Shown here: positions 36,785 to 46,402 of the stretch, one piece after another
How the letters are laid out: each line of letters opens with the position of its first letter
How positions within the stretch are numbered: position 1 is the first letter of the stretch
From: Candidatus Tepidifontimicrobium thermophilum
GTDB taxonomy: Bacteria > Sysuimicrobiota > Sysuimicrobiia > Sysuimicrobiales > Sysuimicrobiaceae
Direction of reading: 5' to 3'
Assembly: GCA_031459915.1 (NCBI GenBank)
Contig: JAVKHO010000001.1
Coordinates: 187,117 to 251,116 of the forward strand
Length of the DNA: 64,000 nucleotides
Notes under the pieces: generated by a model
The model's input: only the letters and a program-made list of their open reading frames with translations
Databases searched by the model: none
What the model was told of the DNA's origin: nothing
Position numbers and translations under genes: made by a program

Positions 36785-37896
36785 CCCGCCAGCTGGGGCT
36801 GCGCTGGGACCCGGTGGTCTTCCGGATGAGCGAGGCCGAGGAGATCGCCGAGGTGGCCAGCATGGGGCTGCCGAACCGGTTCGTGCACTGGTACTGGGGC
36901 GGGGCCTACAAGGAGATCCGGCTGCAGCAGGACAAGTCCCTGCTCAGCATCCTGGAGCTCGTCCTGAACAGCCGCCCCGCGTACGCCTTCCTGCGGCGGT
37001 CCAACACCTACCTGCAGAACGTGTTGGTGATCGCCCACGTGTACGGCCACGCGGACTTCTTCGCCAACAACCACTGGTTCCAGAAGTCCAACAAGAACAT
37101 GCTGAACGAGGCGGAGCGCCACGCCCGCACCTTCCGGGCGTACGAGGCCCGCTACGGGCGCGAGACGGTGGAGGCCCTGTTGGACAGCTGCCTGACGGTG
37201 GCCGCCAGCGTGAACGCGTTCGAACGGGATCCGGCCCGCCGGCGTAAGCGGCTGGTGTACTTCCTGGAGGAGCACGCGCCCCTGGAGCCGTACGAGCGGG
37301 AGGTGCTGCAGGCGATCCGAGAGGAGGCGGAGTACTTCGACCTGATCCAGAGGACCCACATCACCAACGAGGGTTGGGCGACCTTCGTGGAAGCCACGCT
37401 CCTGCGGGAGCTCCTCACCGCGCGGGAGTGGGCGGAGGTCTGCGTGCACCTGTGCGCGCGCCCCACGCCCTACACCCTCGGCTACGCCCTGTTCGGGGCG
37501 ATCCGCCGCCGAAGGGGTTTCGAGGGGGCCCTGGCGGCCCGGCGGTACTACGAGGACGTCCGGCTCATCGACGAGACCTTGACTCAGGACCTGGTGGACC
37601 GGCTGGACCTGTTCGTGTACGACCCGCGGGACCGCAGCCGGAACACCCAGGTGGACGCGGTGAAGGAGATGCTCATCGAACAGAAGCTGTACCGGGGCGA
37701 ACCGCGGGTGGAGGTGGAGGATCCCGACCACCCCCGGGACCTGGTCCTGGTGCACGTGGAGGAAGGGCGCAAGCTGGACCCCCGGCGCATCGCCCTGTAC
37801 CTGAAGGCGGTGCACGGCCTGTGGAAGCACCCCGTGCGGCTGCGGGCGAACGGCAAGCTGTACACCTTCGACCGGCGCGGGCTGTCCACTGCTTGA
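36742..37896 (+). CDS. SpoVR/YcgB family protein
   Basis: GLPNRFVHWYWG, ELVLN..PAYAFL, AHVYGHADFFANN, TNEGWA, PYTLG; GTG 36742. Confidence 0.88.
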   Translation: MREYEAVIARVEELARQLGLRWDPVVFRMSEAEEIAEVASMGLPNRFVHWYWGGAYKEIRLQQDKSLLSILELVLNSRPAYAFLRRSNTYLQNVLVIAHVYGHADFFANNHWFQKSNKNMLNEAERHARTFRAYEARYGRETVEALLDSCLTVAASVNAFERDPARRRKRLVYFLEEHAPLEPYEREVLQAIREEAEYFDLIQRTHITNEGWATFVEATLLRELLTAREWAEVCVHLCARPTPYTLGYALFGAIRRRRGFEGALAARRYYEDVRLIDETLTQDLVDRLDLFVYDPRDRSRNTQVDAVKEMLIEQKLYRGEPRVEVEDPDHPRDLVLVHVEEGRKLDPRRIALYLKAVHGLWKHPVRLRANGKLYTFDRRGLSTA

Positions 37897-37915
37897 GGGG
37901 GCTTCGGGGGTCGGG

Positions 37916-37924
37916 TGCTATAAT
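37916..37924 (+). promoter_or_regulatory. Extended -10 promoter (TGCTATAAT) for the DUF151 gene
   Basis: Perfect TGnTATAAT in a GC-rich intergenic gap. Confidence 0.65.
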
Positions 37925-37996
37925 GGGGCCGAAGTCCTAGGCCACGGCGCGACTTGCGGGCGCCGGGTGGGGAGCAGCGCAGAAGGGGGTATCGCC

Positions 37997-38473
37997 GTGA
38001 TCCGGATGAAGGTGAAGGGCGTGGCGATGGACCAGCACATGAACCCTGTGGTGCTGCTCACGGACACCGACGAGCGGATGGCCCTGCCCATCTGGGTGGG
38101 GGCGGCGGAGGCCCAGGCCATCGCCCTGCAGCTTCAGGGGGTCACCCCGCCCCGGCCCATGACCCATGACCTGATGCGGTCCATCCTGCAGGAGATGTCG
38201 GTGTCCCTGACCCGCATCGTGGTGTGTGACGTCCGGGACCAGACCTACTACGCGGAGATCCACCTGAAGCGGGAGGGCAAAGAACACACCATCGACTCCC
38301 GGCCCAGTGACGCCATTGCGCTGGCGCTGCGGATGCAGGCGCCCATCTTCGTGGACGAGAAGGTGGCGGCCCACGCGATCCCCCTCAAGGGCACGGACGA
38401 CGAGGAGATGGAGGAGTGGCGCCGCTTCCTCGAGACCGTGAAGCCCGCGGACTTCCGGAAGTCGCTGCACTAG
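37997..38473 (+). CDS. Bifunctional nuclease family protein (DUF151)
   Basis: LPIWVG..EA.AI, RPMTHDL, DSRPSDAIALA. Confidence 0.92.
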   Translation: MIRMKVKGVAMDQHMNPVVLLTDTDERMALPIWVGAAEAQAIALQLQGVTPPRPMTHDLMRSILQEMSVSLTRIVVCDVRDQTYYAEIHLKREGKEHTIDSRPSDAIALALRMQAPIFVDEKVAAHAIPLKGTDDEEMEEWRRFLETVKPADFRKSLH

Positions 38474-38474
38474 G

Positions 38475-39209
38475 TCACAGGGCCAGGCCGCCCGTGACCA
38501 CCAGGGTCTGCCCGGTGATGTAGCCGGCCTCGTCGGAGGCCAGGAATACCACCGCCTCGGCGACCTCCTCGGGGGTGGCGAACCTCCCTACGGGGATCTC
38601 CTCCTCGATCCGTCGCCGGTCCTCCGGGCTGCGGGTGGCGTGGACGCGGGTGTCCGTGTAGCCGGGAGCCACCGCGTTGACGCGGATCCTGGGTGCCAAG
38701 GCGTGGGCGAGGCATCGCGTGACCATGAGCACCGCCGCCTTGCTGACCGCGTAGTGGGGAGCACCGGGACCGGGCAGCAGGCCCCGCATGGAGCCCACGT
38801 TGACGATGGAGCCCCCCTGCGGCATCACTCGGGCCGCGGCGCGGCTGAGGAAAAACGGGGCCTTCACGTGCAGGTCCATCTGCTCGTCCCACAGGGCCTC
38901 CGTGACCTCCCACAGCCCGGTACGGTCCACCAGCCCTGCGTTGTTCACCAGCACGTCGAGCCGGCCGAAGGTCCTTACGGTTTCGGCCACCAGCCGCTCG
39001 CAGGCCGCTGCCTCCCGCAGGTCCGCCTGTAGGACGGCGGCCCGGCCTCCGGCTTCCTCGACCCGCGCCGCCACGCGCTCCGCGCCGGAGCTGTTGGACC
39101 GGTAGTGCACCACCACGGCTGCCCCGCGGCGCCCGAATGCCACGGCACACGCCTCCCCGATCCCGCTGCTGGCACCGGTGACGAGTACGGTCCGGCCCGA
39201 AAAGTCCAC
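38475..39209 (-). CDS. SDR family oxidoreductase (FabG-like)
   Basis: TGASSGIG, LVNNAG, YAVSK, VNAVAPG. Confidence 0.92.
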   Translation of the reverse strand: MDFSGRTVLVTGASSGIGEACAVAFGRRGAAVVVHYRSNSSGAERVAARVEEAGGRAAVLQADLREAAACERLVAETVRTFGRLDVLVNNAGLVDRTGLWEVTEALWDEQMDLHVKAPFFLSRAAARVMPQGGSIVNVGSMRGLLPGPGAPHYAVSKAAVLMVTRCLAHALAPRIRVNAVAPGYTDTRVHATRSPEDRRRIEEEIPVGRFATPEEVAEAVVFLASDEAGYITGQTLVVTGGLAL

Positions 39210-39367
39210 GGCTAGTTCTTTCGGGAAGCGGGGCGGGTCTCCTACACGAGCACGTGTTCGCAAAAACAGCAGTCTATTCCGGCAGGATTGCGGCTATCCC
39301 GCGGTAAATACCTCTGGCTGCCGGGCAGGGGCCCGGACTTCCGACGGCGTTTTTCGGAGGGATCCGG

Positions 39368-40168
39368 ATGGCCCGCCAGCGCATGGCCGCGTGGATGGTG
39401 GCCTTCGTGACGGTGCTGGGCGTTGCAGCAGCCGCGGGGGCCCAGACCCGCGAGTACACGGTCCAGCCAGGGGACACGTTGTACTCCATCGCGCGGCGTT
39501 TCGGGACCACGGTGGACGAGCTCGTCAGGCTCAACGGCCTTGCGGACCCGCACCGGCTTCAGGCGGGCCGCCGGCTTACCGTCCCCGGGCCAGGGCAAGG
39601 CGGGGCCGCCTCCGCCCGCGTCCACGTGGTGGAGCCCGGCGACACCTTGTGGAGCCTGGCGCGACGTTACGGGACCACCCCCGCGGAGCTGGCCCGCGCG
39701 AACGGCATGGGACAGGAGGACGTTCTCCGCGTCGGGCAGGAGCTGCGGGTCCCGGGTCCGGAGCAGCCCCTGCGCCTCCGGCAGGTCGGTGCGGTTTCGT
39801 CCCGTGGGTTGGCCCTGGTGAGCCTGGCGCGCCGCTTCCTGGGTGTCCCGTACCGGTGGGGAGGCACAGGCCCGGGAGGGTTCGACTGCTCCGGCTTCCT
39901 GTACACGGTGTTCAGCCGGATGGGCGTTCAGCTTCCGCGGACCTCCTTTGAGATGTTCCGGTCGGGCCGACCGGTCCCCCGCGCGCAGCTGCAGCCCGGT
40001 GACTTGGTCTTCTTCACCACGTACGCGCCCGGCGCGTCCCACGCGGGGATCTACATGGGCGGGGGGCAGTTCATCCACGCCTCGTCCGCAGGGGGAGGCG
40101 TCCGCATCGACCCCCTGAGCAAGCCTTACTACAGCGCCCGCTACCTCGGAGCCCGGCGGTACTTCTGA
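39368..40168 (+). CDS. Secreted 2xLysM + NlpC/P60 peptidoglycan endopeptidase
   Basis: Signal peptide; YTVQPGDTLYSIA and HVVEPGDTLWSLA; PYRWGG..GFDCSG, HAGIY, FIHAS. Confidence 0.93.
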   Translation: MARQRMAAWMVAFVTVLGVAAAAGAQTREYTVQPGDTLYSIARRFGTTVDELVRLNGLADPHRLQAGRRLTVPGPGQGGAASARVHVVEPGDTLWSLARRYGTTPAELARANGMGQEDVLRVGQELRVPGPEQPLRLRQVGAVSSRGLALVSLARRFLGVPYRWGGTGPGGFDCSGFLYTVFSRMGVQLPRTSFEMFRSGRPVPRAQLQPGDLVFFTTYAPGASHAGIYMGGGQFIHASSAGGGVRIDPLSKPYYSARYLGARRYF

Positions 40169-40225
40169 GCCCTCGGACACCCCGCGTCGCGCGGCGGCAG
40201 CTTCGGGCGTAGGATTATCCATGCT

Positions 40226-41608
40226 GTGTCCGCGTTCAGGCTCGCCGGTGCGGTGGCCGCTGCGAAGGCTGTGGCGGGCGCAACCCGTGTACTCCGCCTG
40301 GGCGGCGGGACGGTGCTCCCGGGCAGGGTGGCCCGGTGGCTGTTCCCCCGGGTGCTGGAGGAACTGACCGGGACACTGGATCCGGTAGTGGTGGTCAGCG
40401 GGACGAACGGGAAGACCACCACCGCGCGCCTCGTGGCCCGGGCGCTGGAGGTTGCGGGGCTCCGGACCGTGTCGAACCGTGCCGGCGCGAACCTGCAAGC
40501 GGGACTGGTGGCCTCCGTGGCGCTGGCTAGCGACCTCCGCGGGAGGCCCCGGGCGCAGGCAGCCGTGTTCGAGGTGGACGAGGCGACCCTTCCGGCGGTC
40601 CTGCCGGTCGTGCGCCCGCGCGTCCTGGTCCTCACGAACCTGTTCCGCGACCAGCTGGACCGGTACGCGGAGGTGGAGCGGGTGGCGGAGGGCTGGCGCC
40701 GGGCTCTCGCGAGCCTCGAGCCCACCGCGGTGGTGTGCTACAACGCGGACGACCCCCAGGTGGCGGATGTGGCACGGCTAGCCCCCGCAGCGCTGCCTTT
40801 CGGGATCGAGGACGCGTCTGCCGGCCGGGAGGCTCTGGAGGAGGCCGCGGACGCCCGCTTCTGCTACCGGTGCGGCGTCGCGTACCGGTACTCCGTGGTG
40901 TTCCTGTCCCACGCGGGCCACTACGCCTGCCCGGCGTGCGGGTGGTCGCGGCCGGCACCGTCCGTGCGCGCGGAGAGCGTCAGGCTGGTGGGGACCTCGG
41001 GTGCCGAGGTGCTGCTCCGGTGGGACGGCGAGGGGTTCGTGGTCCGCAGCGGGCTTCCCGGGCTGTACAACGTCTACAACCTGGTGGCGGCCGCCGCCGC
41101 GTGCCGGGCCCTGGACCTGCCGGCTGACGTCTGGCGCCGGGCCGCGGAGTCCGTGCGGCCCGCTTTCGGACGGGGCGAGCGGCTCACCTGGGACAGGATC
41201 GAGCTCCAGATCCTGCTGGTGAAAAACCCGGCGGGCTTCAACGAGGTACTCCGCCTGGTGGTGCGGGAGCAGCCCCGGTCCCTGCTGCTGGCCATCAACG
41301 ACCGCACCGCGGACGGCCGCGACGTGTCGTGGCTGTGGGACGTGGAGTTCGAACGGCTGCAGGGGCTGGCCGCCCACGTGACGGTGAGCGGGCTGCGGGC
41401 GGAGGACATGGCCCTGCGGCTGAAGTACGCGGGCTGGCCGGAGGAGCGTACCACGGTGGAGCGGGATCTGGCGCGCGGCCTCCGCCGGGCGCGGGACCGC
41501 ACGCCCGCGGGCGGAGTGCTGTTCTGCCTGCCCACCTACACCGCCATGCTGGAGCTGCGCCGGGTGCTGTCCCGGTGGGGCGTGGTGGCCCCGTTTTGGG
41601 AGGACTGA
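40226..41608 (+). CDS. murT: Lipid II isoglutaminyl synthase subunit
   Basis: SGTNGKTT, EVDEA, NLFRDQLDRY, CxxC...CxxC zinc knuckle, KNPAG, DGRDVSWLWD, TYTAML. Confidence 0.92.
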   Translation: MSAFRLAGAVAAAKAVAGATRVLRLGGGTVLPGRVARWLFPRVLEELTGTLDPVVVVSGTNGKTTTARLVARALEVAGLRTVSNRAGANLQAGLVASVALASDLRGRPRAQAAVFEVDEATLPAVLPVVRPRVLVLTNLFRDQLDRYAEVERVAEGWRRALASLEPTAVVCYNADDPQVADVARLAPAALPFGIEDASAGREALEEAADARFCYRCGVAYRYSVVFLSHAGHYACPACGWSRPAPSVRAESVRLVGTSGAEVLLRWDGEGFVVRSGLPGLYNVYNLVAAAAACRALDLPADVWRRAAESVRPAFGRGERLTWDRIELQILLVKNPAGFNEVLRLVVREQPRSLLLAINDRTADGRDVSWLWDVEFERLQGLAAHVTVSGLRAEDMALRLKYAGWPEERTTVERDLARGLRRARDRTPAGGVLFCLPTYTAMLELRRVLSRWGVVAPFWED

Positions 41609-42352
41609 GTGGACCTCGTTCTGGTGCACCTGTTCCCGGACCTGTTGAACCTCTACGGCGACCGCGGCAACCTCGTGGCGCTGCGGGAGCGGGCGCGGCA
41701 CCGCGGGATCCACGTGGTGGTGAAGGAGGTGCGGCTGGAAGACGACCTGCCCGGTGACGGGGACCTGTACCTCCTGGGCGGCGGGGAGGATCGCCAGCAG
41801 GCCCTGGTGGCGCGGGCATTGCAGCAACACGCGGGCACCCTGCGGGCGGCGGTGGCAAGTGGTGCCGTGATCCTGGGGGTGTGCGGGGGCTACCAGCTGT
41901 TGGGGCACGGGTATCGCGCCGCAGACGGCCACCAGCTACCGGGCCTGGGGCTGCTGGACGTGACCACGGAGCACCCGGGGCACCGGGCCCGGCGGCTGGT
42001 AGGAAACGTGGTGGCGAGCTGCACGCTACCGGGCGTGGGGAGTCTGGTGGGGTTCGAGAACCACGGCGGCCGCACGCGTCTGGGCCCGGGGGTGCAGCCT
42101 TTCGCCCGGGTCCGTGTGGGCTTTGGTAACAACGGGGAGGATGGGACGGAAGGCGCGTGGTGCGGCACGGTGTTCGGCACCTACCTGCACGGCCCGGTGT
42201 TGCCGAAGAACCCCCGTCTCGCGGACCACCTCCTGACCCTGGCCCTCCGGCGACGGCACGGGGACGTGCGGCTGCAGCCCTTGGACGACCGGTGGGAGGA
42301 GGCCGCGCACACGGCGGCCGCGGCCCGCGCAGGTCTCCGCCTACGGCGCTAG
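41609..42352 (+). CDS. gatD: Lipid II isoglutaminyl synthase glutaminase subunit
   Basis: LNLYGDRGN, GGGED, CGGYQLLG, GFENHGG, YLHGPVLPKNP. Confidence 0.92.
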   Translation: MDLVLVHLFPDLLNLYGDRGNLVALRERARHRGIHVVVKEVRLEDDLPGDGDLYLLGGGEDRQQALVARALQQHAGTLRAAVASGAVILGVCGGYQLLGHGYRAADGHQLPGLGLLDVTTEHPGHRARRLVGNVVASCTLPGVGSLVGFENHGGRTRLGPGVQPFARVRVGFGNNGEDGTEGAWCGTVFGTYLHGPVLPKNPRLADHLLTLALRRRHGDVRLQPLDDRWEEAAHTAAAARAGLRLRR

Positions 42353-43236
42353 CGCCTCACCTGGGCCAGGACGGCTCCGGCGACCACAGCGGCAGCCCCC
42401 ACCAGCTGCAGCGGTTCCAGGGTCTCCCGGAACACCGCATAGCCCAGCAGGCCCGCCACCACGGGCTCCACCGTGGCCACGATACTGGCCCGGCTGGCCT
42501 GCACCGTCCGCAGCCCGGCCACGTAAAGCCACTGCGCGAGCAGCGTGGTCACCAGCCCCAGGTACAGGAGGGGGGCCAGGGCCGGGGTCACCGCGGACGG
42601 CAGGAGGCGGTGCGGGGACACGCCCGCGGCGGTGGCCATGAGCGCCAGGAACACCGTGCCGAAGCCGAGCGCATAGACCAGGACCACGAGGGGCGGGTAC
42701 CGCCGGAGCGCTAGCTTGCCGAAGATGCTGTACAGGCCGTAGGTGAGACCCGAAGCTAGGCCCGCCAGCACCCCCGGCAGGTCCGCGCGCAGCGCGGACG
42801 GGTCGTAGGCCCTCACCACGAGGCCGCAGCCCCCGAACGCGAGCCCGAGGCTGAGAAGCTTTGCCCGCGACAGCTCCTCCCCGAACAGGACAGCGCTCAG
42901 GCCGGTGACCCACGCGGGAGCCGTGTACAGCAGCACCGCCGCGGTGGCCACGGTGGTGCGTTCGATGGCGGTGAAGTACGCGAGGAAGAACAGGGCGATG
43001 CTGACGAATCCGTAGCCCGAGAACAGGACGAGATCCCGGGGCCGCACTGCTAGGTGCTCCCGGTGGGTGGCGGACGCGGCCACGAGGGCTCCCGCGAACG
43101 CCAGGCCCGCGCGCCACACGGAGGCCTCGAAGGCGCCCACGCCTGCGGCGGTCGTGAAGCGCACCGCGATGCCCAGGCTGCCCCACAGCACCGCAGCGGC
43201 CAGGACCAGGAGGTAGCCGGAGAAGCGCTGCCGCAC
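42349..43236 (-). CDS. EamA/DMT family transporter
   Basis: Ten hydrophobic helices in two repeats; LLYTAP, VEPVVA. Confidence 0.88.
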   Translation of the reverse strand: MRQRFSGYLLVLAAAVLWGSLGIAVRFTTAAGVGAFEASVWRAGLAFAGALVAASATHREHLAVRPRDLVLFSGYGFVSIALFFLAYFTAIERTTVATAAVLLYTAPAWVTGLSAVLFGEELSRAKLLSLGLAFGGCGLVVRAYDPSALRADLPGVLAGLASGLTYGLYSIFGKLALRRYPPLVVLVYALGFGTVFLALMATAAGVSPHRLLPSAVTPALAPLLYLGLVTTLLAQWLYVAGLRTVQASRASIVATVEPVVAGLLGYAVFRETLEPLQLVGAAAVVAGAVLAQVRR

Positions 43237-43317
43237 GCCCCTTGGGGTTCGGCCCGGGGACCGCGGATCCCTGGCGGTATACTGGAGGAGCAGACCCTAG
43301 AGCCGGGAGGTGCGGCG

Positions 43318-43851
43318 GTGGCGCTGCAGGACGTGCGCGTAGCGGTGCTGGCGGAGGACCTGTACGAGGACCTGGAGCTGTGGTACCCGCTGCTGCGGCT
43401 GCGGGAGGCGGGCGCGGACGTGCGCGTCGTGGGCCCCCGGGCGGGCGAGGTGTACAAGAGCAAGAACGGCTACCCCGTCAAGGCGGACGTGGGCATGGAG
43501 GAAGCGAGGCCGGAGGACTTCGACGCGGTGGTCATTCCGGGCGGGTACGCACCGGACCGCATGCGGCGCCACCGGGCCATGGTGGAGTTCGTCCGGGCCG
43601 TGCACGAGGCGGGCAAGCCCGTGGCCTTCATCTGCCACGCGGGTTGGGTCCCCGCCTCCGCGGGGATCGTGCGGGGCCGGACGGTGACCAGCTTCCCCTC
43701 CATCCGCGACGACCTGGTCAACGCCGGCGCGCGCTGGGTGGACCAGGAGGTGGTGGTGGACGGGAACCTGGTGTCGTCCCGCATGCCCGCGGACCTGCCC
43801 GCCTTCTGCCGGGCGCTGCTAGATCTGCTGGCCAGGGTGAAGGTGGCGTGA
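43318..43851 (+). CDS. PfpI/DJ-1 family protein
   Basis: EDLELWYP, IPGGYAPD, ICHAGW, VVDGNLVSSR; GTG 43318 after GGAGG. Confidence 0.92.
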   Translation: MALQDVRVAVLAEDLYEDLELWYPLLRLREAGADVRVVGPRAGEVYKSKNGYPVKADVGMEEARPEDFDAVVIPGGYAPDRMRRHRAMVEFVRAVHEAGKPVAFICHAGWVPASAGIVRGRTVTSFPSIRDDLVNAGARWVDQEVVVDGNLVSSRMPADLPAFCRALLDLLARVKVA

Positions 43852-44168
43852 GCGCGCCGATCCCCCTGGCGGAAGCCGCGCGGCGCCTCCAGCGTGCGGC
43901 TCAGGAAGCAGGGTTGGCGCTGGATCCGCGTACCGTGACGTTCCGGCCCGGGCCCTTCCCGTGCTACGAGTACGTCCTGCGCCTGCAGCAGGCTCACACT
44001 CTGATCAACATGCCCGCGGCCTGGGTGGAGTCCGACGCGTGGCAGGACCAGCTGCGGGATCCCATGGCGAAAGCCCGCCGCTACCTGGAGCAGTTCGTGC
44101 CGATCCAGGAGCGGGTGGACCTGGCCGCGCGGGGGGTGCGGCGGTTCCAGCAGGTGCTGAAGCCGTGA
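43848..44168 (+). CDS. Hypothetical protein (106 aa)
   Basis: GTGA coupling at both ends; typical codon usage. Confidence 0.7.
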   Translation: MSAPIPLAEAARRLQRAAQEAGLALDPRTVTFRPGPFPCYEYVLRLQQAHTLINMPAAWVESDAWQDQLRDPMAKARRYLEQFVPIQERVDLAARGVRRFQQVLKP

Positions 44169-44818
44169 CCGCCGTGCCGGTGCTGGAGCAGATCCCCACC
44201 GGCCCCATCGGGACGAACTGCTACGTGTACGGGGACGCGCAGGCTGCCCGGGGCTGGGTGATCGACCCCGGGGAGGATCCCGACGTCATCGCCGAGGTGC
44301 TCCGAGGCCACGGGCTGACCGTGGAGGCCCTGGTGATCACCCACGCGCACTGGGACCACGTGGGCGCGGTCCGCGCCCTGCGGGAGCTCACCGGGGCTCC
44401 GTTCCTGGTCCCGGAGGGCGAGGTGGAGGACCTTCGCGCGGCCGCCACCCGCGCGCAGCTCATGGGGGTGTACATCGACCCTCCGCCAGCGCCCGACGGC
44501 CTCCTGCGGGACGGCGACGTGCTGCGGGTGAGCTCGCTCGAGCTGCGGGTGGTACACGCGCCAGGCCACACCCCGGGCCACGTCATCCTGGTGGGCGACG
44601 GGCTGGCGTTTGTGGGCGACGTGGTCTTTGCGGGCAGCGTGGGACGCACCGACCTCCCGGGTGGGGACTGGAAGACGCTGGAACACACCCTGAAGACCAA
44701 GATCCTCACGTTGCCCGACGACACTGTCCTATACCCGGGCCACGGACCGGCCACCACCGTGGGCCGGGAGCGGCTCAGCAACCCGTTCCTGGTGGGACTC
44801 GGGGACACCGGGGGGTGA
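44165..44818 (+). CDS. MBL-fold hydrolase (glyoxalase II-like, YcbL/GloC family)
   Basis: TNCY, IDPG, THAHWDH, PGHTPG, SVGRTD, PGHG. Confidence 0.9.
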   Translation: MTAVPVLEQIPTGPIGTNCYVYGDAQAARGWVIDPGEDPDVIAEVLRGHGLTVEALVITHAHWDHVGAVRALRELTGAPFLVPEGEVEDLRAAATRAQLMGVYIDPPPAPDGLLRDGDVLRVSSLELRVVHAPGHTPGHVILVGDGLAFVGDVVFAGSVGRTDLPGGDWKTLEHTLKTKILTLPDDTVLYPGHGPATTVGRERLSNPFLVGLGDTGG

Positions 44819-45516
44819 GCCCTGTCCTGGTGTTCGTGCACGGCGCCGGGGCGACCGGCCGGGTGTGGCAGAGCCAGCTGCTGGACTTTCCCCAAAGCCG
44901 CGCCCCTGACCTCCCAGGACACCCCGCCGGTCGGCTCCTTGCGACCGTAGAAGCGTACGCTGCGTGGCTGTTGGACGACCTGCGTGCGTCCGGCTCCTTG
45001 CATCCGGTGCTGGTGGGCCACTCCATGGGGGGCGCGGTGGCGCTGCACGCGGCCCTGGCGGCACCCCAGCAGCTTTCGGGCCTGGTGCTGGTGGGGACGG
45101 GCCCGAGGCTCCGGGTCAACCCCAAGTTCCTGCAGGGGCTCGTGCACACTCCGCACGCGACCCTGGACCGGTTCGTGGAGCTGTGCTTCGGACCCCACGC
45201 GCCCGAACGGGTGAAGGCGAAGGTGCTGGAGTCTGCCCGGCACCTGGGCCCGGAGGTGCTGCGGCAGGACCTGGAAGCCTGCAACGCCTTCGACGTGACC
45301 GGCCGACTGGAGGAGGTGCGCCTGCCGACCCTGGTGGTGTGTGGGGAGCGGGACGTGATGACCCCGCCGGCCCTTTCCGCCGAGTTGCACGCCGGAATCC
45401 GGGGCTCCACCCTGGTCGTTGTTCCGGAAGCAGGGCACATGGTGTTCGCGGAGCGCAGGCGGCTGTTCCGCGACACCGTCCGGACGTTCCTGAAGCAGCT
45501 GGCCGCGCGGGGGTGA
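44815..45516 (+). CDS. Alpha/beta hydrolase
   Basis: HGAG, GHSMGG, GERD, AGH. Confidence 0.88.
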   Translation: MSPVLVFVHGAGATGRVWQSQLLDFPQSRAPDLPGHPAGRLLATVEAYAAWLLDDLRASGSLHPVLVGHSMGGAVALHAALAAPQQLSGLVLVGTGPRLRVNPKFLQGLVHTPHATLDRFVELCFGPHAPERVKAKVLESARHLGPEVLRQDLEACNAFDVTGRLEEVRLPTLVVCGERDVMTPPALSAELHAGIRGSTLVVVPEAGHMVFAERRRLFRDTVRTFLKQLAARG

Positions 45517-45520
45517 GGAC

Positions 45521-46402
45521 GTGTTCCGGATGCCACAGGATGCGCAGCTGGTAGAGCTGCGGCTGCGGGTGAGGGACCTCGCCAGGGCCCTGGAGTTTTA
45601 CGGGGACCTGCTGGGGTTGCAGCCGGAAGGACAGGACGCCGCCGGAGTGCGGCTTGTACCGGCGGGGCGGGGATTTGCGCTGGAGCTGGAACACGTGTCG
45701 GAGGCGTCCCCTCGGCCCCAGGGATCTGTGGGCCTTTACCACTTCGCCCTCCTCCTCCCGGACCGTGCCGCTCTGGCGCAAGTGGTCCGGCGGCTGGTGG
45801 ACGCGGAGTGGCCTCTGGAGGGCGCGAGCGACCACGGGGTGTCGGAGGCTTTCTACCTGAGCGATCCCGAGGGCAACGGGCTGGAGCTGTATCGCGACCG
45901 GCCTCGCGAGCTGTGGCCGTGGCGGGGCGGTGAGCTGCGCATGGTGACCAAGGCCCTGGACGTGGCGGCGCTGCTGCGCGAGGCTCGCTCCCCCGCACCC
46001 CTGCACCCGGGCACCCGCCTGGGCCACGTGCACCTGTCGGTGGCGGACCTGGAACAGGCGGAAGCCTTCTACGCGGGCGTGCTGGGCCTTGCGGTGACAC
46101 AGCGCAGCTACCCCGGAGCCCTGTTCTTCGCCGCGGGCGACTACCACCACCACGTGGGGGCCAACGTGTGGGGGACGCGCCGTCCGGCTCCCGAGGGCAG
46201 CACGGGGCTGGTGCGGTACGTGTGGTCCACCCCACCCGGCACCGCGGCGTCCCTGGCAGGGGACCTGCACGAGCGGGGGGTCCCGCACCGGCACGCCGAC
46301 GGGCAGGTGCGGTTGGTCGACCCCGCGGGTGTGGAGGTGGTGGTCCGCGACCGGACTACGGGGCCGGAGCGGGCGGCTCGCACAACGGGAGTTCCACCGT
46401 GA
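45521..46402 (+). CDS. Two-domain VOC protein (CatE-like)
   Basis: GLYHFA, SDHGVSEAFYLSDPEGNGLELY, GHVHL, YHHHVGANVW. Confidence 0.88.
   Translation: MFRMPQDAQLVELRLRVRDLARALEFYGDLLGLQPEGQDAAGVRLVPAGRGFALELEHVSEASPRPQGSVGLYHFALLLPDRAALAQVVRRLVDAEWPLEGASDHGVSEAFYLSDPEGNGLELYRDRPRELWPWRGGELRMVTKALDVAALLREARSPAPLHPGTRLGHVHLSVADLEQAEAFYAGVLGLAVTQRSYPGALFFAAGDYHHHVGANVWGTRRPAPEGSTGLVRYVWSTPPGTAASLAGDLHERGVPHRHADGQVRLVDPAGVEVVVRDRTTGPERAARTTGVPP

Noticed and set aside
33964..37896. Evidence of endospore formation from spoVR/prkA
   Set aside because: The trio is widespread in non-sporulating bacteria, and no other sporulation genes are in the window.
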